DNA of 64,000 nt from Felis catus (lineage: Eukaryota): positions 63,428,001-63,492,000 of the forward strand of contig NC_058368.1 in the NCBI RefSeq assembly GCF_018350175.1, given 5' to 3'. The notes under the pieces were generated by a model, which made no database searches, was not told where the DNA came from, and was given only the letters and a program-made list of their open reading frames with translations. The position numbers and the translations under genes are program-made. Numbering within the stretch: position 1 is the first letter of the stretch; each line of letters begins with the position of its first letter. Below are positions 12,078 through 25,435 of the stretch, piece after piece.

Positions 12078-13539
12078 AAATATATTTTTCCTGTTGAAGA
12101 ACATCTGCATTTCAGGGTCAGCTGATCACTATATTTTGCAAGTATTTTTTAAAGTTGATTTTTTTAATTAAAACACTAGATAGACACCTATCTTGGATCC
12201 ATCTCTGTCATCTCCAACCCCAAGCAGTTCTCATTAGTGTGGTATCTAGCTTGGGTGCCACCATCTGCCCTTCCCCAGATAACGGCTAGTAAAGATCGGA
12301 AATGGTGACCAAAGTGGTTCCTTAGTCACCACTGTGATTGACAAGTTTCCTAAACGACTTCCTCATCAGGTAATAATGTGCCTCAGTTTTGAGTTCCTCA
12401 TTTCTCACAGCACTTAAAGTTATTCTCAAAACCAAATGACATTCCATTGATTCAAAAGAAATGACAAATTTTTAACCAAAATTTAAAAGTATTAGCATTA
12501 CAAATACTTGAAACAAAATTAAAGGCACTTCTGTTATTGCAGTGGAACTGAATTTGGTGTGAACGATGATGTTAAAATTAACGTTTCTGTTCCTTTATTT
12601 ACCCCACCTCTCTTTTCAGTGTTTTCACTGTCTTGCCTTAGGCGTCCACACATAACACTTGGGAATTGACAGCTAGCACGACTCGCACATATAACTGTTT
12701 CTTTCCACACTTCCTTAGGACTTCTTCTAAGCAGTTTGTCACTATAATGATGTTTACAAATTGTGACAGGGAAACTTGATTAGCTGCTCAAAAGAACATG
12801 GATTTCTTATTATGACATTTTAAGACTTCACATTCTGGGACTTTAACACCATCTGTGTAGTGTGTAGGAGAGGAGAAACGACCACAACCTAACAAGGTCT
12901 ATAATAGTTACTCCTGACCAAAAACAAAAACAAAAACAAAAACAAAAGACCTCCCTGTCACCTTATTTCATAGCAGCCAGAGTAATCATGACCAGAAATC
13001 ATTCAAGGTTTGGTTTGGAAGAACAGGAAGGCTTACCCAAAATAAGTAATTAAAAATTCAGCCTGAAGGAACCTGTTGTGAAAATTTCAAGTCTTCTAAA
13101 TCCCAGTAAGGCAGGAAATCTGTTAAGGGGCTAGGCCCCTGGTAGAATTCAGGATTTCCTTTCTTGACAGAAAAGTAGATGAGAATAGAAAAATGAATCT
13201 TAATATTTTTCGAATATTTCAGCTTTACTTACCTCTTTTCTCAGCAGGTATCTCCTCCAGGAATATAGAAATAGAAAGCAGGGAAACTATGTATACAGTG
13301 TCAAGGCAATAAAATGCCTCTCTCAGGACCTAAAAGTGGCCCCTGAAATTGGATGCAACTACCAGGTAAAGAACATAATCTCTATAAAACTTGAAAAACA
13401 TGTAGAGTTCTGTTTTGTATTTTGAATATAAAATTTACCCTTGTCACTAATTTTAATATCAAAAATCGTCATCAAATTAGAAATTAATCTCATGATTCAC
13501 AAATAAATATTTTCTGTTTTAAGAAAGTATAGTTGCTCT

Positions 13540-13958
13540 GAAAAGGCATGATTCTAACTATATGTCATTTTGGATAAGGCAAAACTATGGAAGCAGTGGA
13601 AAGATCAGTGGCTATCAGGGGCTGGGGGAAAGCAGGAATGAATAGGTGGAGCACAGAGGATTTTTAGGGCAGTAATATATGATATTTTAATGTAAATTTA
13701 TGTCATTATACATTTGTCAAAACCCATTGAATTTACAACAGCTGGTGTGTTCACCTAATGTGAATTATGGACTTAGGGTGATAATGATGTGTCAGTGGAG
13801 ACTCATCAGTTGTAACAAATATTCCACTCTGGTGTGGGATGTTGATAGTGAGGGAGGCTGTGTATGTGTGGGCACCAAGTATATATGGGGAGTCTTTGCA
13901 CTTTCACCTCAATTTTGCTGTGAACCTAAATCCACTCTAAAACATAATGTTAAAACTT
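13540..13958 (+). mobile_element. L1MC-type 3' end
   Basis: GGCAAAACTATGG..., ATGAATAGGTGGAGCACAGAGGATTTTTAGGGCAG, CAATTTTGCTGTGAACCTAAA; degenerate TSD AAGAAAGTATAGTTG / AAGAAGGATAGTTG. Confidence 0.85.
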
Positions 13959-15537
13959 AAAGAAGGATAGTTGGAAGCTGAGTAAATACCAAAATAAAAG
14001 ATGGCAGGTATTTCTCTACAAAACCTCACATTAAGGAATCATAAGTAATTGCAATAAATATTTTAAGAGGAACTGTATGACACCAGGAAAAAGGTTAGCT
14101 TCAAACGGAAATTCTTGTACAAAAACCCATAACCATCTGATTGCATGCAAAACAGAAGCATTATAATGGATCACATGTGATTGTATACACATGTTCTCTC
14201 CTAAGAACAAGAGGTTACAAAAAGTAGCCAGCTTGCAAACGGAAACATGCTTTAGCAATAAGACTTCCTCAACTGAAAATAGAACTTCTGAGTTCAAGTT
14301 TGATCTATACCTTCTTTCGATGATGTGGAGTCAGTTCCTCTCTTTAATCTTGTTCTGAGAAGCCAGAATTTTGCTGGAATGTTGGGTTGTTCAAGCATTT
14401 CAGAATGTTCACACTGATGTAACACTCATCCGTGGAAAGGAATAGCCTTGTTTGATTCATTTTCATGGGATAAACTCATAATCTGTGTTCTTTTTTTATT
14501 TATTTTATTTTTTTACTCTCACATCCATCGTTAAATTTATTTTAACAAGACTCCCTTAATATAGCCATGTTAGGAATTACCTTCTCTACTGTAAGGACCA
14601 GAAACGGGAGGTTTAGCAACAAGATTACACCAGCCATCTAATGCCGAAGGAATATGTTGGAGAATAAAAATTCATGGTAAAAGTAACTTTTGATTCCGTA
14701 TATATAAAACATAGAAGCTCTTTCTTATGTGGTCAAAATTTGGTATATTCTTTATATGGTAAGTTCCTTCAAAGAAGCTGCCTGCTCCACGAGAATTGTT
14801 CGCTCCTGATCATGCTCTCTTCCTTAGTGTTTAACCCACCCCCATAAGCTCTCCAAACAAGTTACTCTAATAAAATTTTTCTAAAACACTCAGGCTACAG
14901 ATTTCGTGCTATGGCTATATCTCTAACTTTTCTTATGTATATAAAGTCAGTGTGGAATGAAAGTAACTTTAGAGAACTTTTGATTTCCAATGAGATAATT
15001 TAAAGAGAGAATGAGATAAACATCCCCTAAGTTTCTCTTAGATGCAAAGGTATTTGGTGTATAACGATGAATATTTTAAGAGATGTTTAACTTAAGTCAA
15101 GTTCTGGAAAACTTGAATGGCTAAAATGGCAAGATTAGGAAAATGTCGTAAGGCTAATGAAGAATGTGATTGAATACAGAAAGAAACTGTATACTGTATG
15201 AGGGTAGATCTGAAAACTATTTACAAATGAGATATAAAAAACAATGCCAGGTTCAAGTTCAATTAAAATTCCCTCCAAAATGTCTAGCTGTATTATACAT
15301 AGGCAGAAAAATGCTGAGGATGAAACCTTACTCAATGAAAAAAAAAACAAAAAACCTGTATTCTTAATAGAGGGAGCACTTTAGAAATTATATAATTTTC
15401 ACAAAAGCTTCATAGTCTCACCATGTGACTTATAAAAGTACAAAAAGATACAATATCCCCTAGTACAGTAGAAAGCAAGCAGACCTAAAGGTTATTATAC
15501 AATATGATATATGTATATATAAAATTTATTCTCTCCA

Positions 15538-15770
15538 GGCAGCTGGGTGGCTCAGTCAGTTAAGTGACCAACTCTTGATTTTAACACAGGTCATGATCTC
15601 ATGGTTCTTGGGTTCAAGCCCCACATTGGGCTCTGTGCTGACAGCTCAGAACCTGGAGCCTGCTTCGGACTCTGTGACTCCCTCTCTCTCTCTGCCCCTC
15701 CCCTGCTCGTGCTCTGTCTCTCTCTGTCTTCAAAAATAAATAAACATCAAAAAAAATAGAAAAAAAAAGA
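15538..15770 (+). mobile_element. Can-SINE
   Basis: CTGGGTGGCTCAGTCAGTTAAG head, CTCTGTGCTGACAGCTCAG, CT tract, A tail. Confidence 0.95.
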
Positions 15771-16653
15771 ATATATGCATAAAATAAAATCTTCTATTTT
15801 TCAGTTTATTCAAACCTTTTCAGAAAAATAAATAATAGAAACAGATTATGTTTATCTGAGGACACAAGCACTGACAAGAGCAGGAGAACAGATTGATGAT
15901 CAAAAGTCCCTTTCTCTCTCCAAACATCATGATGGATGGCAAAGCTAAACCACAAATCAAAGAGATATAATGCAATTTACAATGCTTTTAAAGGTTTTTT
16001 TATCCCATTCTTTAAATTCTGAAAATGACAGAACATTTACTATGTCATGAAATTATGTTCATAATGAAAAATTTCGAAGAAAAATAAGAAAGAAATGTTA
16101 CAGACACAGGTTGGTTTTTCCACGTCCCGTTTATGTGCCACCCAGATCCTTCCCTGCCCCAAGCTCTCCTTCTCAGCAAAGCCTACGGCAAACATCGAAT
16201 GTATTCTATCCCATTGTCTCATTGTGTTATACAAAATAAAACTGAACGTTTCGACCCCCTTCAAATCCTAGTTGGCTAGACCCCTTCCAAAGAGGGAGGT
16301 CAAGGTTGCCACAAGGATGTGAGGGCCTCAGGAGATGGCAATTTGCTCTCCTGCCATCATTTCCATGACACCGGCTCTGCTTTTATTTTACGTATTTGGC
16401 TTCCAAGCGTCTTTAGACGCTTGTTTAAAGAATGAGTTCATCTGTATCATAGATTTAAAAACCACTCTCCTCAAGAGTTTGATCTCTGTGTTTAAACTCA
16501 TTTGGTCAGATGCCTTATTTCCGTATCTGTTAATATACTGAGGAAAAGATAGATCAGCAATAGAAAGCAAAAGACAAAGTGAAAGAGTCTGATCAATCTA
16601 TGTCACCTAACTTCAAGTATTTCATAAAGAAAGTGAAAAAATAGCAGGTGTTA

Positions 16654-16790
16654 GGGTGCTTGAGTGGCTCAGTCGGTTGAACATCCGAATTAGCTCAGGT
16701 CATGATCTCACGGTTCAAGTTCAGGCCCGCATCAGGCTCTGTGCTGTCAGCATGGAGCCTGCTTCAGCTTTTCCATTCCCCTCATGCGCA

Positions 16791-16827
<37 letters not shown>

Positions 16828-16855
16828 TCAAAAATAAATAAACATTAAAAAAAAA
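16654..16855 (+). mobile_element. Can-SINE
   Basis: GTGGCTCAGTCGGTTGA head, long (CT)n, AATAAA tail; flanking CAGGTGT repeat. Confidence 0.93.
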
Positions 16856-17399
16856 TAACAACAGGTGTAGATTGGGGAAACTCCAGGCATAATTATTAAA
16901 GAAATGTCCTTATTCCCACCTCTGTAGGCCTATTACCCTTCTACTCACATGCTTTTTGAGGCCCAATATCTAATATTTTTCCCTTTTTGTATCCACTTTT
17001 GCATCCTTATCCCAATAGCTTACTTTATTTCAATTTAAGTTAGTAAGTTGTTATTTACATTGGTAAAGCCTTATTTGTAATTTCATCATCCTGTTAATGA
17101 AAGACATAGGAACATGATTTTGAGATCTAGAAGAGATAAAATACTTCTGGATCGAACTTCTAAGGAAGATTGATTCTGATAAACTTTGCAAAGACTCCCC
17201 AAGTACAAAATATATCTGTTTATTTTCCAACAAGTATTTATTGTGTTTTTACTGACCTCCACATAGGCCTTTTAAAAAACGCTCCAAGAAGACTCAAAAT
17301 CTCAAGGTGGACGAGTAACTGGTGCAGGTGTGGCTTTCAGCCTGAGACACTCAGAATCTCAGTGTTATCCATTTACTCAGAAGCAGGGGGCTCTGTAAA

Positions 17400-17645
17400 C
17401 GTTGAGCAAAGATCACAGGATTTGCAATCAAAGATGCAGGTTTGAGTTCTGCCTGCACCTCTTTTTAGCTGTTTGTATTCTTAAGCAAGTGACTTAATCC
17501 CCTAAAAAAAAGAGAGAGAAAGAAAGAAAGAAAGAAAGAAAGGTCAAGAAATAATACCTGCCTCACAGGGTTGTTGTGAAGATCAGATGAGCTGGTGCAT
17601 GTAAAAGAGTTTTATATACTGTCGTGGGCTGAACACGTGTTGGTT
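17400..17645 (+). mobile_element. MIR with internal (AAAG)n tract
   Basis: GCAAGTGACTTAAT...ATAATACCTGCCTCACAGGGTTGTTGTGAAGATCAGATGAG. Confidence 0.75.
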
Positions 17646-19019
17646 AGATTGGCTTATGGCAAGAGAGAGACTCCCTAAAGATAAAGAGGACTCCTACGTG
17701 CTGGTAGGCACCCAGCAGGGATTCCCTTCTGGCAGCCTTTGAAGGCTGATAAGTATCTCCAACAGCTGCTTAAGAGAATACAGGGACCCAGGGAGAGGGC
17801 AAGGGTCATGATCTTTGCCCTTTTGCTCTCAGCTCAAAGGACATCTGCTAAAGATCCCCTGCAGGGAAATCTAACTCTAAGGAGGGAGGCCCAGGGAATG
17901 TTTCTAGGGATCCTGGCTCCAATAGCCTCAAGATCCCTGAGGATGTTAGCTTTGGAATTAAGCTTATTTTACTTCTCTTATTCTATCTATCACTTCTAAT
18001 TTTTGCCCTCTACTCTGTTAGAATTTAAGAGGTTATATTTAGCATGTATATATAAATGCCTATAATTTATGCTGCTTGTTCATATTTATATACATATATA
18101 TTTTTTACAATATATATTTATTATAAATGTGCATATAGGCTATAGACCTGTGTGGTATACATCTTCTATAACATGTGGGTGGTATATACAGAGGGGGAAA
18201 AAACTGGAAGAATATTTACCAAAATGGTAGTGATGCTGAAGATGAAATTATTTGTTTTATCTTCTTATTTTTCTTGTTTTCTCTTTGTTTATCTCAGTTT
18301 TTCAAGTGGATTTTTTTTTGGTTTTGGTTTTGGTTTTGTTTTCAACACTGGAGTTTCTTCCTCTTTATTTTGTTTTTTTTTTAATTGTATTATTTAAATT
18401 CAAGTTAGTTAACATAAATAGAATCCAGTGATTCAAGTGGCTCTTTTCTTTCCTTTTTAATGAATTTCTTTCAGGATGGAAAATTCACAATGCACTTTCC
18501 TGGTTAAAATATGTGGCTTGCATTAGTTCAGCCTATTTTAATTTATTCCTTTACATCTATTAAGTGATTTAATGAATCTTAATTGTTTTTGTTTCTTTTT
18601 TATTCTGTTTTTGTTATTTCGTTTGTATTTTCTTAAGTTGTTTCTTTTACTTACTTTTCTTACTACTTATTACGTGGATTTTCTTTTGTTTCCTCTTTTT
18701 TATTTTTCCTTGTCATTTAGTTCCCTGTCACCATTTGTTGTATTTTTCATTTTTTATCTTTTACTAAATATGGCAAACACAAAGCTGAGGATTGTATCCT
18801 TAAGAATTGCTCATAACTTGACCAAAGAGACTGGACCTTTTCCCTTCCAATTAGCTCTCTGGTCACCTCCTTTCATCCCTAATGTCTTAAAGCAGAACTA
18901 CTTAGTTTTTCAAATACTAAGCTGGAAAACTAGAGAGGTTAACTAACTAGAATTATCCAGCAAGTAATATTAAACCCATTTTTAGCATCAGTAAAGATGA
19001 TCTCAAAGCATAAGTATAC

Positions 19020-19560
19020 AGTCAACTAATGTCTGTGCCTCTGGGGCACATGTCTCTCCAAAGCCCAGAGCCATCAACCTACCTATCTACACCTGCACTC
19101 AGAGTCAACATGCCAAAATGGAACCTATCATTCCTTCACCCCTCCAAAAAAACTATCCCTCCTTGTCCTCCTTTCTCCTAAAGAAAGGGAACTCCTGAGG
19201 TACCTGAGTCGCTCAGGCTGTTAAGTGTCCAACTAATGAAATCATCTCACATCATGATCTCAAGGTTTGTGGGACTGAGCCCTGGGTCAGCTCTGCGCTG
19301 ACAACTTGGGATTCTCTCTCTCCTTCTCTCTCTGCCACTTCCTCTCTCTCCCTCCAAATAAGAAAATAAACATTAAAAATTAAAAAAAAAAAAAGAAAGG
19401 GAACCCCTCCCATGCCTCTGAGACCCCACAGGGATTACTGACATTGCCATTCAAACAGGTGCCCGAGTCAGAAACTTAGGAATCATCCTACACTCTCCAT
19501 CCTCCCTAGCTCCCACACCAAATTATGTAATTCTGCCTCTTCGATGCCTGTCCAGTTCTG
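19020..19560 (+). mobile_element. L2 fragment interrupted by a Can-SINE
   Basis: CAACATGCCAAAATGGAACCTATCATT...; CAGAAACTTAGGAATCATCCT. Confidence 0.55.
19197..19390 (+). mobile_element. Can-SINE, old
   Basis: Diverged head, GGGATTCTCTCTCC, A tail; TSD AAAGAAAGGGAAC(T/C)CCT. Confidence 0.9.
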
Positions 19561-19959
19561 TGCTTTTCAAACTTGAATATGAGAACATCCATGGACAGTA
19601 ATGTCATAAGAGGTAATATATATAAAGTACAGAATGAACACAATGAATCTTCCTGGAATGCCCTCCTTCCCCTTGTCATCTTCATAGTAATAAGTAATTT
19701 CAAACCGCATTTCATAAAAATAAGTGAGTATATTATGAGGAATTCAAAGTGAACATGTATTTTAAATATGGTGTGTAACAAAAGAAATGTGGAGCTATAA
19801 AGTGGGATCCTTAGGGCTCATGTGCTATAGCCCTAAAGTTTACACAATTATTTCCCTATGTCACTGGGATGCTTTGGCAGAAATATTTTAAAAGAATTAC
19901 TCATAGTAATTCTTCTGTCCTTAAGGATTGCTCCTGTCTTCACCAAGACCTTCCCTCCT

Positions 19960-20540
19960 CTTTCTGTGCTGCCACAGTGCTTCTTCATTTCCCACTGGGC
20001 CACCGGGACGACCTCTACCCTGGTCTGGCTGGAGCCTCACTCAGCTCCAAATCACCCCCATATGCACACTGACCTCAACAGTATGTGCAAAACACTAACC
20101 TGATCGTATCATTTTCATGTATGAGGTCATTTGGTGGCACCTACTTGATGTAGAATAAGGTAAAAACCCCTTCCTATGACATATGGTGCTCTTTAGATCT
20201 GGTCCCTGCCCTCTCAATGTTCTCAGCTCTACATCCTTCCTCCCATCCTCAGTCACTTGCAGTCTGCCAAGCACATGCTTTCTCAAAGATCTATGCTTTT
20301 GCACACAGTGTACCTCTGCTACATGTTCCACTCACCTACTTCATCTAACATACTATCATACTCAGCTCAAGCATCACTTCTGAAGGTCCAGCTGGATTCT
20401 TCAGAATTATTTGGGTTCCTCTCTTTGGTGCCTGCATAGCACCCATTTTTGGTAACCGCCAACCACAACCCCCCCCCCTTACACACGGTTCCTTAAAACA
20501 GGATCGCCTGTTGTTCATCTTAGATCTCTATTCTACTCTG
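19960..20540 (+). mobile_element. L2 3' fragment
   Basis: CCTGATCGTATCATT..., ACTCAGCTCAAGCATCACTTCT, CT-rich L2 pattern. Confidence 0.55.
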
Positions 20541-20584
20541 TAGTTTCTCTGAGGATAATTGCTAAGGACACCCTCCCTTGCATC

Positions 20585-20797
20585 AGGAAGTCTCAAATGC
20601 AGTGCATAACCAAACTGCATCAGGATCAGCTGGAATGTTTTCAATGTAAAGATTCCTTGGTCTCTGCAATTTTGACCCAATAGTTCTAGATGAAAACCCT
20701 AGGGATTATACCAAAATTTCTTTAAAAATGATAACTTTAAAACTCTCCAGGTCATTCTAACACAGCTTATCTGTAGACTGGCACTTGGGCCCACTGC
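20585..20797. mobile_element. MER5-family hAT MITE
   Basis: TGCATCAGGATCAGCTGGA...CTCTCCAGGTCATTCT...TTGGGCCCACTG terminus. Confidence 0.6.
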
Positions 20798-21169
20798 ATT
20801 CAACAGTTGGGACTATCTTGATAGGATTTAAATATTAAAACAGCAACAACATACTTTTTTATTAAAGCAGTTACAACTACCTTCTTAAAATGGGTTAACT
20901 TAATTATATTCTTTTTTTACTACAAGGTGGTATTTCTGCAGTTGGATAACACAGTATATATTAACTATTAGTATCAATTTCACTAAGGGGGTCTCCTTCT
21001 GATTTTGTTTTCAAATTTTTTTTCCTTTTTTCTTTTCAAATTCTTGAGAGCTTCTTACTATAGATTCCAAATCCTTAACTACTGCAGTAATGAGAGTTGT
21101 ACACCATCCACTTACAAAAATAACCTAGAAATTCAGTTTCAAAATTGCTGCATAGAAGTTAGAGGAAGA

Positions 21170-21393
21170 GGGGTGCCTTGGTGTCTCAGTCAGTTAAGCG
21201 TCAGACTTCAGCTCAGGTCATGATCTCAGGATTCGTGAGTTCGAGCCCCACATCACGCTCTGTGCTAATAGCTCAGAGCCTCAAGCCTGCTTCGAATTAT
21301 GTGTGTGTGTGTCTCTCTCTGCCCCTTCCCTGCTCATGCTCTGTTCTCTCTCTTAAAAGTGAATGAACATAAAAAATAAATAAATAAAATAAA
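21170..21393 (+). mobile_element. Can-SINE
   Basis: GGGGTGCC head, GTGAGTTCGAGCCCC B-box, tail; flanking AGAGGAAGA repeat. Confidence 0.95.
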
Positions 21394-24300
21394 ATAGAAA
21401 AGAGGAAGAATATGGGTCTATTTCTCTCAGGAAAGAATCTCATAACAACCACTGACAGCTTTCCTGCCAAGCTTCTGACACTAGCATCTTCGAAGAAGAG
21501 GGAAATGGTTGAACACAAGTGAAAATCTCACAACGATAAACAAGAACACAAACAAAAACTCAGGGAGTTCTTCCAACATCTAAGTTAATTCCCACCAATC
21601 ACACTGGTTTTGAAAACAGATAGATATATGGGGTGTGACATTTCGTAAAATGATGTTTTAAAAACAAACTGGCCCCATATCATAAACCCAAATAAGTGTT
21701 GTCCCTTTATAACACTTGTTTTTATTAGTCTTTAGACAGTTTCCATTGCTGCCACTATGATGTAAGATCCTAGATCTCTTTTGAAACTAAAAGAAAATAA
21801 CTTTAAAAATGTAAAGGTGCTAAATTATGTTGAAACAGACTTGAATTTTGAAAACAGCCAGGGGATACACGGTTCCAGCTCTGACAAAAACGTTGAAAAA
21901 TAGGCAAGAAAATGTAATTATATAGTGAAAATAATTTTGGGTCTGGTTTTAATTTAGGTCTAAAGCAAAATACAAGAGTATGTATCTAAAATGTTTTAGA
22001 AAATGATACTATCATTTGAATAATAATAAAAATTCCTATTGTGTATTCTAATATATTTATTTAGATGTTTATGTGCTACAAGGTGAATGAAGTGAATCAT
22101 GTTACTTTATAGTCATACTTCATAAACTTTGGGATAGAAATTATTAATTTAACATTGGGCTTTTAAACTACTTTGATTTCAAAATTAAATCTTTAAAAAA
22201 GAAAAAAAAAAAAGCTTTTCCAATTTGCATAAGGATAGCCAAAGCAACAGATGGCTTCTGTCTCTGTTCTTCTCCCAGCTCTGTCCTCTATGTAGATTTT
22301 CTGTAATGCTCAAAACAATTCTTCATTGAGAACTAGAATTTAGAAAAAGAAATATTCAAGGTGCTAAGTAAAAGAACTACTTTCATAGAAAGAGGAAAGC
22401 ACTTGGCTTGATAAAAATAAGTTCTGTAGGAGGCTTGAGAAATACAGCATTGTGTCTGAGGTATATCACTGCTGGATGCAAAAAGTGTATGTAAGATGTG
22501 AATAATGGAGAAGTGGAGATGGGAAGGAACCAAGACCCTTTCCATCTTTGGATTTGATCCAAACTTGGGCAAAACAGAGAAGGAGACCATGTTTGCTCTG
22601 AAGTTCTTCTCTTCCCCCTTTAATTATTACATCCCTCCTCCTAGTGGTCCTTTTTATTAGCCAATAATTACTTAAGGAATACAAATTAATCAACCCCAGC
22701 AAATAAGGCCATAAATGAGCTGAAAACAAATATTTCCCTCATCATGGGGATAATTTCCTATTGCCCTTTAATGGCCGTGGAGCCTCAAGATTGTTATTTC
22801 ATTACTCACACTGAGTAGTACCCTAAAGGTGTCCTTATACTTTCATACCTTATACCTTATGCTTTCTTTGTAAAGAGAAAACAAAGTCCAAAATTCATGG
22901 AGAGAAAGCTCAGTGTCAAATCAGAAGAGATGCCATTGTACAGACAACCTCTGACCTCATTTTTCTGACTCACACCAGGCTGGTGGCCAGCAGTTCTACC
23001 TCCTCGTGGTGCTTATTCACCCAACTCCAGACACCCAAGCTGAGTTCACTGCACTGCCCTGTGAGAGGCATGGTGGGATTGCTCAGCAATTATGTCAGTG
23101 ACATCTAAATTTAAAAAAAGAATTCTTTGACGTTGATATTGGATAACTGAGTCAGTTTTCCAGTTTTCTCTGCTCATTTGTAGGAGTAATCAAAACTGAC
23201 TCTCTCCGCTGAATGGGTACCTTTGTGTCTTGGCATTATTTCTATATTGCTGTTATTCCTTCCTCAAGGAAGGAAAGGAAGTCACTCTTGCAATGACTGA
23301 GGTGCATTTCATTTGCAAGCTTAAAAGGATGATACCTCATCTGGAAATCAATTCATCACATTTAAGATGTATCCTTGTCAGATGCACAAGGTACACAGAA
23401 GGTGTGAATCATGGAACAATAGATGTGAGAAGGACCCATGGCCCATTTAGGCCCTCATTCTGGTAGCAGCATTCCTGAACCCTACTATTCTCTAATCAAC
23501 TTTCAGTTTGAGTTGATTCAGTACTTGTTATACCTCCATAAACAATCTATGTTCTCCCCCCTACCTCCAAAATAAGAGGAATAGTAGATAAAGCTTGCAA
23601 TCCAAAGTAAGTGTAATTATAAAATTGAAGATTTGAGTTGAGAATACCACTGTGACTGTTACCCACATTTTATCTTCCTATGCTCACCCTAGGTTGGTGT
23701 TACTTAGTAAATCAGAAGTTAGAGCCATGTTTTATACACACTCCATATTTAATAATGCAAATGTATATTGTAGACTTAATAGATAATATATGTTTAGTCA
23801 AAGATACACTTCCAAACTTATCTTTTCTCTCATTTTTTGATAGAAAATTACCAAAAATAATATTGCCTCTGAAGGAAAGCATCCGAATTTATTCTTCAGA
23901 GCAAAATAGAAATAAAATGAATTTATGTGACTTTCAACTCAATAAAGTAATAGAATAAGAACATTTCATTCTCTGCTTCCAAGACATATTTTAGTATGAC
24001 ACCATCATAAATATTCATGTAATAAGAATGGTAACAGTAATAGCCATAACGTCTATCCTTTGGATGTAGAGATGAGTCTCCAGCTACATGGAATGGAAAC
24101 TCTAGGAAAAAAAATTATAAAGCCAAATTAAGTATGCTGATGGCAACTATCTTCGTTCCTTTTTAGGTAATCTTGCCTGTTTCTAAGCACAGTCTTCCAT
24201 TTCCCACCCCTTGGCACCCAGATGTATACCTCCCACCCCTCGACTCCTAGGTGTGTATTGTTCTCACAGACAGTAATCTCCAGGAGGGCCTGCCTCCTCT

Positions 24301-25174
24301 CTGGTCCTGTGACTTTTGCAGCAATTTCCCAGACCCACTGATTGCAAAACACATACTGCCTCCTCCTGGCTCTAAGTCATCAAACCTTCAGATTCAGGCA
24401 AATACCAATTCCCTCTAGCAAGAGATAGACAAGATACGTTTAAGCCATCTAGCTACTACAAAGGTAGGCTTCAGTTTTTTTGTCACTGTCTCTATTATGT
24501 ATCATGAAGTGTTGTCTTTTCTCTGACCCAAATCTCCCTGTTTATAAGCTGAATCACCTTTTTAACCACCCTGATATACAGGTAGCTGATGTAAAGAACC
24601 AACTAGAATACCCAAGTGAGGCATATACTGTCTCCAATGCCCAAAGAGTCCATTGAGTTACTTAGCCTCTTTGGTAGAGAAGAGTGAAGAGTCCATAGTG
24701 TTTCCTTTACTGCTGGAGAGATTAAATGTTCTGTGAATTCATCCACAAAGTCTCTAAACACTTTACCTAAGTACACTCCCAGCACTCTGCATGTAGGAAG
24801 TATTCAATAAACATTTGCTGAGTTTCAAGATCACTATGGGGAGTAAGCCCCAAGTAGTAGCTCTCAGCAACTGAATTAATTACGAATTATATCATCCTAT
24901 TGGTCTTCACGTTCATCCACTGATAACTACAGATGACATTTCTAACATGTTGGAAGTCCAATATAAGCAGAATGTTCACAAAAAGGCAAAACACGGATAA
25001 AAGTTAAACCATCAGTATCTGACAGCAGGGTACATAATGGTAAGTATTGGGATGCACATACCAAATTTGAAAAGGAGGGAAATTATGACAAGGTTTACCA
25101 AAATAAGAATCACATCAGCATTCTAGACAACAAAATATTTGTTTCCCAGACGGTACTCATCATCAGGATCAGCC

Positions 25175-25435
25175 ACACAATCCAGAACAGACAATGCATA
25201 GAGACAGAAAGCATATTAGTGGTTGCTAGCATCTGGGGGAAGGAGAGAAGGAATAGGGCATAACTGCCAGTGGGTATGGGCTTTCCTTTTGAGGTGATGG
25301 ACAAGTTCTGGAACTTATACCATTGAATTATACACTTCAAAATTTCTAAAATGATTACTTTTATATTACATGTTTTTACCACAATAATTTACATGTTTTT
25401 TACCACATGATTTTTACCGCGATAATTTTAAAAAA
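25175..25435 (+). mobile_element. L1MB-type 3' end
   Basis: ATAGAGACAGAAAGCATATTAGTGGTTGCTAG; CCTTTTGAGGTGATGGACAAGTTCTGGAACT; CCATTGAATTATACACTT. Confidence 0.8.

Noticed and set aside
14170..14181. 12-bp palindrome ATCACATGTGAT (E-box)
   Set aside because: An isolated short palindrome; several are expected by chance in 64 kb.
14312..14415. Minus-strand exon-like open stretch ending GAAG|gtatag
   Set aside because: Weak splice sites and an unrecognised peptide.
18040..18946. F/L-rich membrane-protein-like ORFs
   Set aside because: They come from T-rich low-complexity DNA.
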